Assembly (NCBI RefSeq): GCF_963921235.1 | Contig: NC_086118.1 | Span: 29,514,001 to 29,578,000, forward strand | DNA: 64,000 nt | Reading direction: 5' to 3' | Source of the DNA: Mobula hypostoma | Lineage: Eukaryota | Shown here: positions 49,990 through 63,500 of the stretch, in pieces | How the letters are laid out: the number at the start of each line of letters is the position of its first letter | Position numbering within the stretch: position 1 is the first letter of the stretch | Translations under genes and position numbers: made by a program | Notes under the pieces: model-generated | Seen by the model: the letters and a program-made list of their open reading frames with translations, nothing else | Database searches by the model: none | What the model was told of the DNA's origin: nothing

Positions 49990-52900
49990 GGCCGAGACAT
50001 CGAACTGCTTGCTGTGAGTTTGTGTCCGTTTTATCTACCGCGTGAGTTCAGCCATGCCATATTGCTCATTGTCTACAGTCCGCCTTCCCGATGCTGCGTG
50101 TGATGTAATAGACACAACCATCATGAGACTCCATACAAGAGAAAATAAAACATAGGACGTCTCGTATGCAAATAATAAAGATGCATACAGCTCCACAGCT
50201 CTCCCCCTAATTGGAGGATCAGATCACAATCTGATTCACCTCATTCCCCTGTAAAAGCCCAAAGTACAGCTACAGATAGCTACTACCAAGATAGTAAAGA
50301 AATGGTCTCCAGAAGACATTGAGACCTTAAAGGGTTGGTTTGAGGTAACTGACTGGAATGTGCTTTGTGAACCATATGTGGGAGACGTTAATGGACTTAC
50401 TGATTGTATTACTGGCTGATCAACTTCTGTATGGTCACTGTAATACCATCAAGGACTGTTTGCCACTTCCCTAACAATGAACCATGGGTTACCAGTGATC
50501 TAACGGCTGTTTTCAACCACAGAAAGAGAACCTTAAGATCAGGATACAGGGAGGAATTGAAACATGAGCAGAGGGAGCTAAAGGAGAAGATCAAGGTGGC
50601 TAAAGAGGAATGCAGGTGAGAGTTGGAGAACAATCTTGGGCAGAGTAGCACACAGGAGATGTGGAGAGGCATAAAGAACATCACTGTCTTCAATCAGCCT
50701 CACTGTAGAGCCTCGCAATGCAGCCGTGAATGGGCTAATGAGTTAACCCAATTCTTCAATAGGTTTGATAATTACCCTCCTGTTCACACCCCACTCAACA
50801 CACCAGAGCAGATGCAAAGGCACCCAATGCTCCCTCAGCACCAACACCTCCCCTCTTTCCTCCTCCTGCCTCCTATTGAACACATGGATGAACAACACAA
50901 GCTACCATTGCCTACCTCCCTTTCTTGCCCTGCATCTACCATCCACATCTCCACATACCAACTGCTATCATCCCAATCTTTGTCTCCCCTGCTCCACCTT
51001 CTATCAACTCCCCAGACATCATGGACTCACCTTCAAAACTGAGCAGGTGAGAAGGTCTCTGGGGAAATCGAGGCGTGGCAAAGCATTGGGGCTGGATAGT
51101 CTTGAAGGAGTGTGGAGTTGTCCAGTGTATTTTTAATCTGAGTCTCAGCTTGCAAAGGGTCCCAACTGTATGAAAAACATCACGTGTGGTCCTTGTATGC
51201 AAGAGGGGCCAACCAAAAGTCTTGAATGACTACCATCCATTGGCCCTGAATTCACACATCATGAAGACCCTAGAGAGGCTGGTCCTGGCTCACCTCTGAC
51301 CCCTGGTCCGATCAGCACTCAATTCTCTGCAGCTTGCCTACTGGGGCACATTGGAGTTGATGATGCTGTCATCTACCTGCTGAACAGAGCCTACTCCCCT
51401 TTGAATAAGGAGGGCAGCACTGTGAGGATTATGTTTTTTAATTTCTCAAGTGCCTTCAATACCATACAGCCCTCACTGCTGGGGGATAAACTCTGTTTCA
51501 TGCAGGTTGGCACCTCCAGTGTATCCTGAATAATGGACTATAGACCCATAGAACCATAGAAACTACAGCACAGAAACAGGCCTTTTGGCCCTTCTTGGCT
51601 GTGCCAAACCATTTTCTGCCTAGTCCCACTGACCTGCACACGGACCATATCCCTCCATACACCTCCCATTCATGTATCTGTCCAATTTATTCTTAAATGT
51701 TAAAAAAGAACCCGCATTTACCACCTTGTCTGGCAGCTCATTCCATACTCCCACCACTCTCTGTGTGAAGAAGCCCCCCCAATGTTCCCTTTAAACTTTT
51801 CCCCCCTCACCCTTAACCCATGTCCTCTGGTTTTTTTCTCCCCTTGCCTCAGTGGAAAAAGCCTGCTTGCATTCACTCTATCTATACCCATCATAATCTT
51901 ATATACCTCTATCAAATCTCCCCTCAATCTTCTACGCTCCAGGGAATAAAGTCCTAACCTATTCAACCTTTCTCTGTAACTGAGTTTCTCAAGTCCCGGC
52001 AACATCCTTGTAAACCTTCTCTGCTCTCTTTCAACCTTATTTATATCCTTCCTGTAACTTGGTGACCAAAACTGAACACAATACTCCAGATTCGGCCTCA
52101 CCAATGCCTTATACAACCTCATCATAACATTCCAGCTCTTATACTCAATACTTTGATTAATAAAGGCCAATGTACCAAAAGCTCTCTTTATGACCCTATC
52201 TACCTGTGACGCTATTTTTAGGGAATTTTGTATCTGTATTCCCAGATTCCTCTGTTCCACTGCACTCCTCAGTGCCTTACCATTAACCCTGTATGTTCTA
52301 CCTTGGTTTGTCCTTCCAATGTGCAGTACCTCACACTTGTCTGTATTAAACTCCATCTGCCATTTTTCAGCCCATTTTTCCAGCTGGTCCAAGTCCCTCT
52401 GCAGGCTCTGAAAACCTTCCTCACTGTCTACTACACCTCCAATCTTTGTATCATCAGCAAATTTGCTGATCCAATTTATCACATTATCATCCAGATCATT
52501 GATATAGATGACAAATAACAATGGACCCAGCACTGACCCCTGTGGCACACCACTAGTCACAGGCCTCCACTCGGAGAAGCAATTTTCTACCACCACTCTT
52601 TGGCTTCTTCCATTGAGCCAATGTCTAATCCAATTTACCACCTCTCCATGTATACCTAGCAACTGAATTTTCCTAACTAACCTCCCATGCGGGACCTTGT
52701 CAAAGGCCTTACTGAAGTCCATGTAGACAACATCCACTGCCTTCCCTTCATCCACTTTCCTGGTAACCTCCTCAAAAAACTCCAATAGATTGGTCAAACA
52801 TGACCTACCACGCACAAAGCCATGTTGACTCTCCCATGTTGACTACCTGACTGGCAGACCACAGTTTGTACAGCTTCAGAACTGTGTGTCAAACGTGGCT

Positions 52901-53815
52901 AGAAGCAACACTGGGGCCCCACAGGGACTGTATCGGCTTCCCTCCTGTTTACCCTGTATACCTTGGAGCTTTGGATACAACACTGTGTCATGTCATCTGC
53001 AGAAATTCTCTGATGACTCAGCAATAGTTGGGTGTCTAAGGGGAGGATGGGCGGACGAATACAGGTCCCTGGTGGAGGACTTTGTCAGATGGTGCAAGCT
53101 GAATCATCTGCAGCTCAACATCAGTAAGACAAAGGAGATGGTGATGGACTTTAGGAAGACTAAGCCAGCACTGCTCTCTGTTACTATTGATGGTGAGGAC
53201 ATGGATGTGGTGAGGACATACAAGTACCTTGGGATGCGCGTAGATGACAGACTTGAGTGGAGCACCAATACAGAGTCTGTGTACAAGAAAGGCCAGAGTT
53301 GTCTCTACTTCCTGAGGAGACTGAGGTCCTTTAGAGGATGTAGGCCTCTCCTTCACATGTCCTACCAGTCTGTTGTCACCAGTACAATCTTCTATGCAGT
53401 AGTGCGCTGGGGCAATGGCATCAATGTGGGTGCTGCCAACAGGCTCAATAAACTGATTTGAAAGGCTGGCTCTGTTGTAGGAGTCAGACTCGACACACTG
53501 GAGACTGTGGACCATATGGAAAATCCTGGCAATTCTGAACAATGTTTCTCACCCTCTGCATGCCACCTTGGCTGAACAGGGGAGCGCTTTTAGTAATAGA
53601 CTAAGATACCGTGCTGCTCAGAAGGGCGCTATATGAGGTCACTCTTACCCTCGGCCATTGGGCTCTATAATGAGTCAACCTATAGCTGGGGAAAGGCTAA
53701 CCCCCTCCTGTTAGACTGTTTGTGGTAAATCATTTTTTATTCTTTCTACCTCTCTTTTAATATTTATATCTGCGCACTTGTGACGCTGTAATTTCCTTCG
53801 GGATCATGTATCTAT
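49990..53815 (+). mobile_element. Rex1/Babar LINE (EN end plus RT), disrupted, split by a CR1
   Basis: GSDHNLI, FPNNEPWV, LNDYHPLAL..HIMKTLERL, FFNFSSAFNTIQP, IMDY | LTGRPQF, TGAPQG, KFSDDSAIVG, YKYLG. Confidence 0.9.
51541..52835 (-). mobile_element. Young 5'-truncated CR1 LINE with a 365-aa open RT segment (51718-52815)
   Basis: SCLTNLLEFF, DFSKAFDKVPH, SGVPQGSVLGPLLF, KFADDTK; (TTCTATGG)n tail; GACTA at both junctions. Confidence 0.95.
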
Positions 53816-55302
53816 CTTTTAGTTGAGACAATAGAAGTTACTTGTCATTAAGTACAGATTCTCTGTGCCTCACTGAACATTGTTACAAGGGGTGATTCTT
53901 GTAACATCTGTTCTTGAACATGATGAAGCAAGTCCTGATGGCAGCAGCAAGAAAAGAGCATGGCCTGGGAGGTGAGGACCTTTGACAACAGACGAGCTGC
54001 TTTTCTGTGGCAACATTTCATGTAGATGTGCTCAGTGGTTAGAATTTCACCTCCACTAACAACCTCATCTGTTTGACAGGGCTTATTCTCACCATCAACA
54101 ACTTTTTAAATTCTTCCCACCTTCCTCATTCTCCTTCCATTAAAAATAAACAAAATTCTTTTCAATGGCCATTAACTATAATTTGCCTTTATGCACATGA
54201 TAGTTGAAAACCTTTGATTGTGTAAGAGGGGTTTAAGAATTACTAGAGAGTTGCAATGAGAGAATTTAAAACCAAGGAGGATTCTATTAATTCAGAAGAC
54301 ATCTAAGATGGAAAAGGTGAATGTAATTATGCATTTTGGGTTTTAACTACTCACAGGTTTATATCTGCTCATGACTGATAAATCTCCTTAACATTTTTAA
54401 TTACATCATTTGTATTTAGTTCTCCTTAAATAAAATTGTCATGTTGGCATTTTAATTTTGCAGGCTTAATGACAATATGTTATCATATTTAGTGCAAAAT
54501 TTGAGTATGATCTTTGATCATTTTTCGTTTCATCTTCCCAAACTCATGACCTTCGTCACCCATAAATTTACATACCACATCAGATTGGGCTCTAATATCA
54601 TCATCATTGTATTAAAAATCTAACAATAGAGCAGCATCATCTTTACTACAGAATTTGGAATGAATCTTCCTTCTCAGTTGCACTGGGGAATACTTAACGA
54701 ATGCTCCGTTTGTTTCTAATGCCACAGTCTGCAGAAGTGATGTCTAAAGTTTTCAGGATGAAGTGGTTGATTTGCATGGTAATTCTAGTCATTTCCCCAG
54801 AAATGTCAGCTCCAGATGTGGAGATCCTGGATCTGCAATGAATTGTTCACTGTCAGTCTTCAGCATTTGCTCCAAAGATGAATACAGGAAGAGATGCAAG
54901 CTTGTAGTAATTTTACAGCTCTTACTGTGAACATTGATTAAAATATTTCCACTCTCTCTCTGTCAATGGAGAGAAACAGGCAAAAGGGATTAAGCTAAAT
55001 ATTACTTTGTATTTTAGGTGCTATTAAGCATTTCTTTTAATGTTCTTTTTTAAATCATGTATAACAAGGTTAAAAATTTGAATAGTTATTAAAAAGTTTT
55101 CAATATCCATGAAGAATCTATCATTGTGTTTCAATGCCAGATTCATATTAAATTTTTACAGTTCTAATGCAGAATTTCAACCTGAAATGTCAACAATTCC
55201 TCCTCCCCAGCAACCAGCTGCATTCCACAGTCACAGCTTGACCTGGTGATTTCCTCCAGCAGATTGTTTCTCAAGATTGTGCCATCTGCAGTAATGTATC
55301 TA

Positions 55303-56570
55303 CACACAGTGACCATTTTATTGGGTACAGCTGTACACCTGCTCATTAATGCAAATATATATTCAGCTAAATATGTGGCAGCAATTCAATGCATAAAAGC
55401 ATGCAGACATGGTCAAGAGGTTCAGTTGTTGTTCAGATCAAGCATCAGAATGGGGAAGGAATGTGATCTAAGTTACTTTGACAGTGGAATGATTGATGGT
55501 GCCAGACAGGGATGTTTGAGTATCTCAGAAACTGCTGACCTCATGAGATTTTCACACACAGCATTCCCTAGAGTTTACAGAAAGTGGTGCAAAAAATAAA
55601 CCAAATAAAAGCATCCAGTGACCAAAAGTTCAATGGGCAAAAATGGGCAGTGTGGAGGATCAGAGGGATCTTGGGGTCCGAGTTCATAGGACACTCAAAG
55701 CTGCTACGCAGGTTGACTCTGTGGTTAAGAAGGCCTTCATCAATTGTGGGATTGAGTTTAAGAGTCCAGAGGTAATGTTGCAGCTATATAGGACCCTGGT
55801 CAGACCCCACTTGGAGTACTGTGCTCAATTCTGGTCACTTCACTACAGGAAGGACGTGGAAACCATAGAAAGAGTGGAGAGGAGATTTACAAGGATGTTG
55901 CCTGAATTGGGGAGCATGCCTTATGAGAACAGGCTGAGTGAACTCGGCCTTTTCTCCTTGGAGCGACAGAGGATGAGAGATGACTTGATAGAGGGGTACA
56001 AGATAATGAGATGTACTGATTGTGTGGATAGTCGGAGGCTTTTTCCCAGGGCTGAAGTAGCTAGCACGAGAGGGCATAGTTTTAAGGTGCTTGGAAGTAG
56101 ATACAGAGGAGATGTCGGGGGTAAGTTTTTTACGCAGGGAGTGGTGAGTGCATGGAATGGGCTGTGGGTGGCAATGGTGGAGGTGGAAACGATAGGGTCT
56201 TTAAGAGACTGCTGGATGGATACATGGAGCTTAGAAAAATAGAGGGCTGTGGGTAAAGCCTAGGTAGTTCTATGGTAAGGACATATTTGACACAGCTTTG
56301 TGGGCTGAAAGGCCTGTACTGTGCTGTAGGTTTTCTATGTTTCTGTTTTTCTAAAATGTCTTTTTAATGGGAGAGGTCGGAGGAGAATGGCCAGACTGGT
56401 TCAAGCTGACTGGAAGGCAACCGTAGCTCAAATAACCACAGTGGTGTGCGGAAGAGCTTCTCTGAATGCACAACACATCTAACCTTGAAGTGGATGGGCC
56501 AAAGCAGCAGGAAGGCCACAAACCCATACTCAGTGGCCACTTTATTAGGTGCAGGAAGTACCATTAAATG
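55303..56570 (+). mobile_element. Tc1-type non-autonomous element (44594 family) split by a CR1
   Basis: TA-cacacagtgaccattttatt TIR; SGMIDGARQG.LSISETADLMRFSHT HTH; resumes at ~56365. Confidence 0.75.
55632..56350 (+). mobile_element. CR1 3' fragment
   Basis: ORF 55643-56242: QRDLGV..LYRTLVRPHLEYCAQFWS..RRFTRMLP; tttctatg tail. Confidence 0.92.
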
Positions 56571-56728
56571 CACATGTTAAGTTTTGACGTAATCTTTAGC
56601 TGATTAAGGGAAGGGCCATAATTTAACTGGTTGACAAAATGTTTTCACTGTTTAGAGGGAGGTGCTTATTTTGGAAACACCTCTCCCTTTCCAACAGCTT
56701 CTCAACTTGTGATTCATCATGACACCAA

Positions 56729-56916
56729 TGTTGTTCCTTTTTGCGCCTTGTGGCGCATCGGTGGCATTTTTGCCATTTCCGTAGCACTTGACTGCTTTTT
56801 TTGAAATGAGGCAGAGTTGCTAGCTCGACGAGAAAACGTGCAAGGAACCAGCCGGATTCGAACTTGGGACTACTTCCCTCAAAGTTTGGTGCTGATGCCA
56901 CCACACCGCCGGCAGG
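56729..56916 (-). mobile_element. Short tRNA-derived SINE
   Basis: B box GTTCGAATCC on minus; 14-bp TSD CAT(C/T)ATGACACCAA (56715-28, 56917-30). Confidence 0.85.
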
Positions 56917-58681
56917 CATTATGACACCAAGTTCCTGTCAATACGTTGAGCCTCACTGTGAGGGATAGAGCTAATTCTATACCAGAGGAAAAGTAGACGT
57001 AAATGCAGAGAACAGTAAGTTGCATGAGCAGGTTGTCGCTGCTCACAAACTGAAGAGCAAAAACATTTTCAAATTTAGAGATACAGCAATAAACAAAAAT
57101 ACAACATTTTAATGACAAAAATTAATTGACTCTATTAAGGATTTCAGGTGAGACTGACAATGAACAACAAAAACATTACAAAAAGGATTCCAAAAACTGT
57201 ATTGGTTTATGTAAATCGATACGATTTAAATTTTGTAAATTTATTCTGAACTAGCTTTCCATCTCACACCAGGATTCAAACTTGTACACATTGCTAAGCC
57301 AGAAAAAGGTTTTACTAATTACTTTGAATGAAACAAAGCTGCCAGAATACTTAAGAAGGAAAGAAGGAAGGCAATCCATCTTTCCTGGTGTAATTTTAGG
57401 GCTCCCAAAGACTATTGAAAAAGAAATTAAAAACTCTGTCCCATATTGAATCTTTATTATTCTCAATCTTCATCCAAATCTTTAAATATTATCATTCAGC
57501 ACATATGATTTACTTTAGTCCTGATGACCTAGAACAACAAGTTTTTGAAGTTTGGAAGCAGCCAACCAACATAAGTGGAGACAATGGCACTTCAATGATG
57601 ATAAGTAGCTTTTGCTTGGAATACATTTAAAACTGTTTGATAAAAATTACTGATTGTTGATTTGAGTTACAATGAAAATCCTGGTACATCAGCAACCTAA
57701 CACCTAAACAAACAGCCTTGTTTTTCCTATTGTAACCATAAAATAAGCATTAAATGCAAGGAGTAGAAGTTGTATTGCACAAAGCATGGATGTTTCTGTT
57801 TTGTACCTGTACTATATGTATTCTAGTGATTCTGGACCACCAACTGGGTTAGAGTTTTTATCATACTATGTACATTAATTGGGAGGCCCTTGTTAAAACC
57901 ACCCCTCTGTGAAATTGGTTCTTAATCTGACCGTGGAATATCCCATTGAAGCCAAGGAAAATGAGAATCATGAGAAATATACTGTACATCAAAACACTGA
58001 ATCAATATTGCCCATTTGTGTTACCATCTAACATCATAATTAGACTCTGTGACTTTAAGAACATAAATAGAGAAATTGCTGGAGGTAGACATCAGCTGCA
58101 GGTCAGCTGAATTTTAAGAGTGTATTAACTTCTTTCTGAATCTATTCAAGGTCTGTGAATGGACTGTGAATTGATGGCTACAGTACTTTCAAGTAACCAT
58201 ATTTTGGTGTTGCAATTAAAGAACAGTGGGGACGTTAAAAAAGATAATTAAAGCTGTGTCATGATATTTTTTGAGTCGAACTTATTGTGATTTTGCATGT
58301 GGTATTTTTACAATGTCAGTAATTGTCTGGTTTGCGAATGGTGAAGCAGGTACAAGCAGCCAAATGGCTTACCTCTAATTCTTAAGCACAAAGAATATCA
58401 AGAAACAGTTAAGGGATATAACAAAGATTCTGGTACCAGGCAACATGTCAGCTGCAGTACTGAGGATTTGTTCTCCATAATTAGCTATGCCTTTAACCAA
58501 GCTGTTACAGACCAGTTACAATACCATCTATCTGATAAGATGGAAAACCTGTTCACAAAAAGCAGGCTAGTTCCAGAGTTGCTAATTATATCCCAATCAG
58601 TTGACTCACAACAATTATCGAATTGCCATGAAGATGCACTTACCCTGCTCATCAGTGGAAAAACTGGTATGTTATCAGGAC

Positions 58682-58871
58682 CAAGCAACACACACAAAAT
58701 GCTAGAGGAACTCAGCAGGCCAGGCAGCGTCTATTGGAATAAAGTACAGTCTTGGCCCGAAATGTCAACTGTACTTTTTTTCTATAGATGCTGCCAGTCC
58801 TGCTAAGTTCCTCCAGTATTTTGTGTGTGTATTGCCTGGATTTCCAGCATCTGCAGACTTTCTCATGTTTG
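58682..58871. mobile_element. PLE-derived fold-back mini-element with a half hammerhead
   Basis: ~60-bp inverted arms around ggcccGAAAtGTC; TSD TGTTATCAG(G/A)AC (58670-81, 58872-83). Confidence 0.8.
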
Positions 58872-59039
58872 TGTTATCAGAACTGCTCATTTCTAAATCA
58901 CATCACAGTGCTGGCTCAACGGGGACAAAAGAACTGCGTTTCAGGTGCGCAGTGTGAGATGGAGGTGTGAAGTTGAACAATCAAGGCAACATGCAATCAA
59001 GTATGACACCATGAAATCATGAGAAAACCAAAGTCAATA

Positions 59040-59840
59040 GAAATCCTGAGGAAAATTTAGTAGTGGATGAAATCGGGACATTATTCCAGGAGTTCCTTGG
59101 GCCAGTGATCTGGGCCCAACTATCTTCAGTTACTTTATCAATGACGGTCCAGGTATCATATGTTCAGAAATGGAGATGTTCATTAATACACAATGTACAA
59201 TTCTTTTTGGCTCTCAGCAAATATAGCAGTTCATGCCTTCATGTATAAGATCTAGATCTTTGACATTCAATAGCCTTGGCATCATGGAATTCCCCGTCGT
59301 TGGCCAGAACTTAAATTGGACCAGTCACTGCAAGCTACAAGTGCAAGTCAAAGGCTGCCATTCTGCATTGAGTAACTCATTTCTGACAATGCAAAGCCCT
59401 TATATATGTAATCTACGTCATCCATAATGCACAACTTTGAAGTATTGTGGAACACTCTTGCCTGGATGATGTAACTCTTACACCATCCACCACCAAGCAG
59501 TCTGCTTGATTGACATCCCATTAACATTCATTCCTTTTACTGTACTGCATCTACAAAATGTACTGCAGATGCTTGCTTCAGTTATTCCAATAATGCTTCC
59601 AAAACCACAACCTCTACCGCCAAGCTCAAGGGTTGCAGGTGAATGAGAACATGAACTGCAATTTCCCCTTCAAGTTCATCAACTTTCTCTAATCATTACT
59701 GGTCTCTTTCCTAGAATTTCCGGCACAACTGAATTGTATGATTCCCTTTAGGACTACAATGGCTCAAGAAGACTCCCCTCTTTGAAAAGAAAATTAGGAA
59801 TGAAAAATAAATGATATTACAGATGCCAACATCCCAAAAA
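59040..59840 (+). mobile_element. Ancient CR1/L2-type LINE 3' remnant
   Basis: Very degenerate; ends aattagg...aataaatg...atgccaacatcccaaaaa; recognised from memory only. Confidence 0.45.
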
Positions 59841-60569
59841 ACAGTGACAATTTACCTGTATAAATTAGTGATATTAAAAAATCAGAGGTAATTTTGATTA
59901 ATTAATTCAATTCTTAATTACTGCTCCAAATTCAAATGATTGAAACCTATATTATTCACTTTACATGAAGCTTATGCTCTGGTCATCTTTTCTTCAAATA
60001 TTTGTATCATTCATGTTGTTTTGTTCAACATTATGAACTTCGTTCTGTGCAATACCAAAGCACCACTGCCATCTTGTGCTCATAAGTAAACTAGAGAATT
60101 CTAATGTAAAGAAATATTCCCTTTTGTGAATGAGTTAGAAATAAATATTGAATAATTTTATCAATAAAATTCCAGCAGATATTTTATTGGCTTTTCTTCT
60201 TAATAACTTTAAAATAAATCGTTCTATCACAGTAGCATGGATAATTTGTATTTCCAGGAAGGAGAGATGCTGAGTTGCCCAAAATTATGCAGAATTAGGT
60301 TGATAAGTTATCTTGTTTGAAGGCTCGACAGAAATGCTTCAAATAACACCATTTACCAGCCAATGCTAATTAACTAAGTCCCATGAAAATAAAATTACAG
60401 TACTTGCAAAGTTATTTATTTTTGATATGAATAAAAGCTTTCTCTCATATCATTCAAAGTGATTATCAGGCAAGAGAACTATTCTTCCTCTTGATGCATA
60501 TGTAAAGGAGTTAATCATTTATTATTAATCATAGAAGAAAAATTCAGGCTATGTTGAATATAGTTGATA

Positions 60570-62969
60570 CAGTGCCTATAAAAAGTATTTACCACCCCAC
60601 CCCCGCGCCACCGGAAGCTGCTGTTTTATTGTTTTACAACATGCAATCACAGTTGACTTAATTTGTTTTTTTTGACACTGATCAACAGAAAAAGATACTT
60701 CCGCACCAAAGTAAAAACAGCTCTTCACAAAGTGATCTAAATTAGTTACAAATATAAGGCACAAAATAATTGAATGTATGAGTATTTACTCCCTTCAAGT
60801 CAGTATATATTAGATGCACCTTTGGGAGCAATTACAGCCTTGAGTCTGTGTGGTTAAGTCTCTAACAGCTTTCCTAATCTACACACTGCAATTTTTCCCC
60901 ATTCTTCTTTACAAAACTGCTCGAGCTCTGTCAGATTGCATGGGGATCATGAGTGAACAAACTTTTTGAAGTCCAGCCAACAATTTTCAATTGGATTAAG
61001 GTCTGGACTCTGACTTGGCCACTCCAGGACATAAACTTTGTTGTTTTTAAGCCATTCATGTGTAGCTTTGGCTTTATGCTTGGGGTCATTGTTTCGCTGG
61101 AAAACAAATCTTCTCCCAAGTCACAGTTCTCTTGCAGACTGCATCAGCTTTTGCTCCAGGATTTCCCTGTATTTTACTGCATTCATTTTATCCTCTAACT
61201 TCATAAGCCTTTGACGGCTTGCTGCTGTAAAGCATTCCCACAGCATGATGCAGCCACCACCATGCTTCATGGTAGGAATGGAGTGTTTTTGATGATGTGA
61301 GGTGTTTGTTATAGGCCAAACATAGCATTTAGCCTGATGGCCAGAAAGCTCAATTTTGGTTTCATCAGACCATAGAACCTTACTCCAAATGACTTCAGAG
61401 TCTCTCACAAACACTCTTGCAAACTCTAGCTGAGATGTCATGTGAGTTTTTTTCGACAGTGAAACATAGAAACATAGAAAACCTACAGCACAATACAGGC
61501 CCTTCAGCCCACAAAACTGTGCTGAACATGTCCATACCTTAGAAATTACCTAGGGTTACCCATAGCCCTCTATTTTTCTAAGCTCCATGTACCTATCCAG
61601 GAGTCTCTTAAAAGACCCTATCATTTCCTCCTCCACCACTGTTGCCAGCAGCCTATTCCACGCACTCATCACTCTCTGCATAAAAAACTTACCCCTGACA
61701 TCTCTTCTGTACCTACTTCTAAGCACCTTAAAACTGTGCCCTCTCGTGTTAGCCATTTCTGCCCTGACTATCCATATGATCAATGCCTCTCATCATCTTG
61801 TACACCTCTATCAGGTTACCTCTCATCCTCCGTCGCTTCAAGGAGGAAAGGCCGAGTTCACTCAACCTATTCTCATAAGGCATGCTCCCCAATCCAGGCA
61901 ACATCCTTGTAAATCTCCTCTGCACCCTTTCTATGGTTTGCTTCCTGTAGTGTGGCGACCAGAACCGAGCACAGTACTCCAAGTGGGGTCTGACAAGGGT
62001 CCTATATAGCTGCAACATTACCTCTCAGCTCTTAAACTCAACCCCACGACTGATGAGGGCCAATGCACCATATGCTTTCTTAACCACAGAGTCAACCTGC
62101 ACAGCAGCTTTGAGTGTCCTATGGACTTGGACCACAAGATCCCTCTGATCCTCCACACTGCCAAGAGTCTTACCATTAATACCATATTCTGCCATCATAC
62201 TTGACCTACCAAAATAAATCACCTCACACTGGTTTTCTCTTTGCTACTCTCCCATAAAGCTGCAACTGGAGAAACACCCAGGCAACAGTTGTTGTATGTG
62301 CAGTCTCTCCCATCTCAGCCACTGAAACTTGTAACTCCTCTAGAGTTGTCATATGGCTCTTGGCGGCCTCCCTCACTAGTCCCCTTCTTGCATGATTACT
62401 CAGTTTTTGAGAATGGCCTGTTCTAGGCAGTTGTGCCATATTCTTTCCATTTCTTAATGATTGACTAATTGTACTCCAAAGGATATTCAGACACTTGGAA
62501 TTTTTCTTGCGTCCATCTCCTGACTTGTGCTTTTCAGTAACCTTTGGAGTGTTTTTTTGTCTTCATGAGGTAGTTTTTGCCAGGTACTGACTCACCAGCA
62601 GTTGGACCTTCCAGACAGAGGTGTATTTTTCCTACAATCGGTTGAAAAACCTTGACAGCACATAGTTCTCCAAAAACAGATCTCCATTTATCTAATTATG
62701 TGACTTCTAAGACCAATTGGCTGTACCAGTGATGATTTGGTGTGTCATATTAAAGGGAGGAGTATACTTTTGCAATCAATTATTTTGTGTTTTATATCTG
62801 TAATTAATTCAGATCACTTTATAAAGATCTGTTTTCACTTTGACACAATAAAGTCTTTTTCTGTTGATCTGTGTCAAGAAAGCCAAATTAAACCCACTGT
62901 GATTCAATGTCGTAAAACAATAAAACAAGAAAACTTTGGGGCGGGGGTGAATACTTTTTATAGGCACTG
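60570..62969 (-). mobile_element. Tc1 transposon with long IR/DR-type TIRs; transposase disrupted
   Basis: TA-cagtgcctataaaaagtatt ... aatactttttataggcactg-TA; ~220-bp TIRs; [51 protein letters not shown]. Confidence 0.93.
61462..62229 (-). mobile_element. CR1 3' fragment inside the Tc1 transposase
   Basis: ORFs 62025-62222, 61749-62018 and 61556-61783; (aaacatag)n tail. Confidence 0.92.
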
Positions 62970-63067
62970 TATGCCACAAATAACCTGGTAAGCAAATGCC
63001 TTTCTGCTTTCAACAACACATGCCAAATGATGCTTTAAAAACAAGGAATCTCACTTAGTGCAGGTGA

Positions 63068-63500
63068 TAGAATCATAGAGTCATGCAACATGGAAACAAA
63101 TCCTTCAACCCAACTCATCCATGCCTCCTTGAGCTAGTCTCATTTGCCTTTATTTTATATATCTAAACCTGACAGTCTTGATGCTGGTTTTCAAATGTTG
63201 ACAGTTTCTTTCCTTTCATTGATGCTGCTCGACCCATTGAGTTCCTCCAGATCTGTGTTTGTCGCTCCAGTTTCCAACATCTGCAGTCTCTTCTGTCTCT
63301 CTCTAAACCTTTCCAATCCTTGTGTGTGTCCATATGTCTTTTAAACATTATAATTGTACCTATCTCTACCACTTGGTCTGGCAGCGCATTCCATGTACCC
63401 ATTACTCTCAATGTGAAAAACTTGCCTCTAAGCTCCTCTTCTCAACTTTAACCAATGGTTTCTAGGATTAGATCCCCCTACTGTGGGAGAAAGATACTTA
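63068..63500 (-). mobile_element. CR1 3' end remnant
   Basis: RVMGTWNALPDQVVE..TI..FKRHMD; atagaatcatagagtcat tail. Confidence 0.7.
63171..63301 (+). mobile_element. 131-bp PLE pLTR-derived insert in the CR1 tail
   Basis: 9-bp TSD TCTAAACCT (63162-70, 63302-10); gatgctgctcgacc..gagttcctccag motif; decayed hammerhead. Confidence 0.75.
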
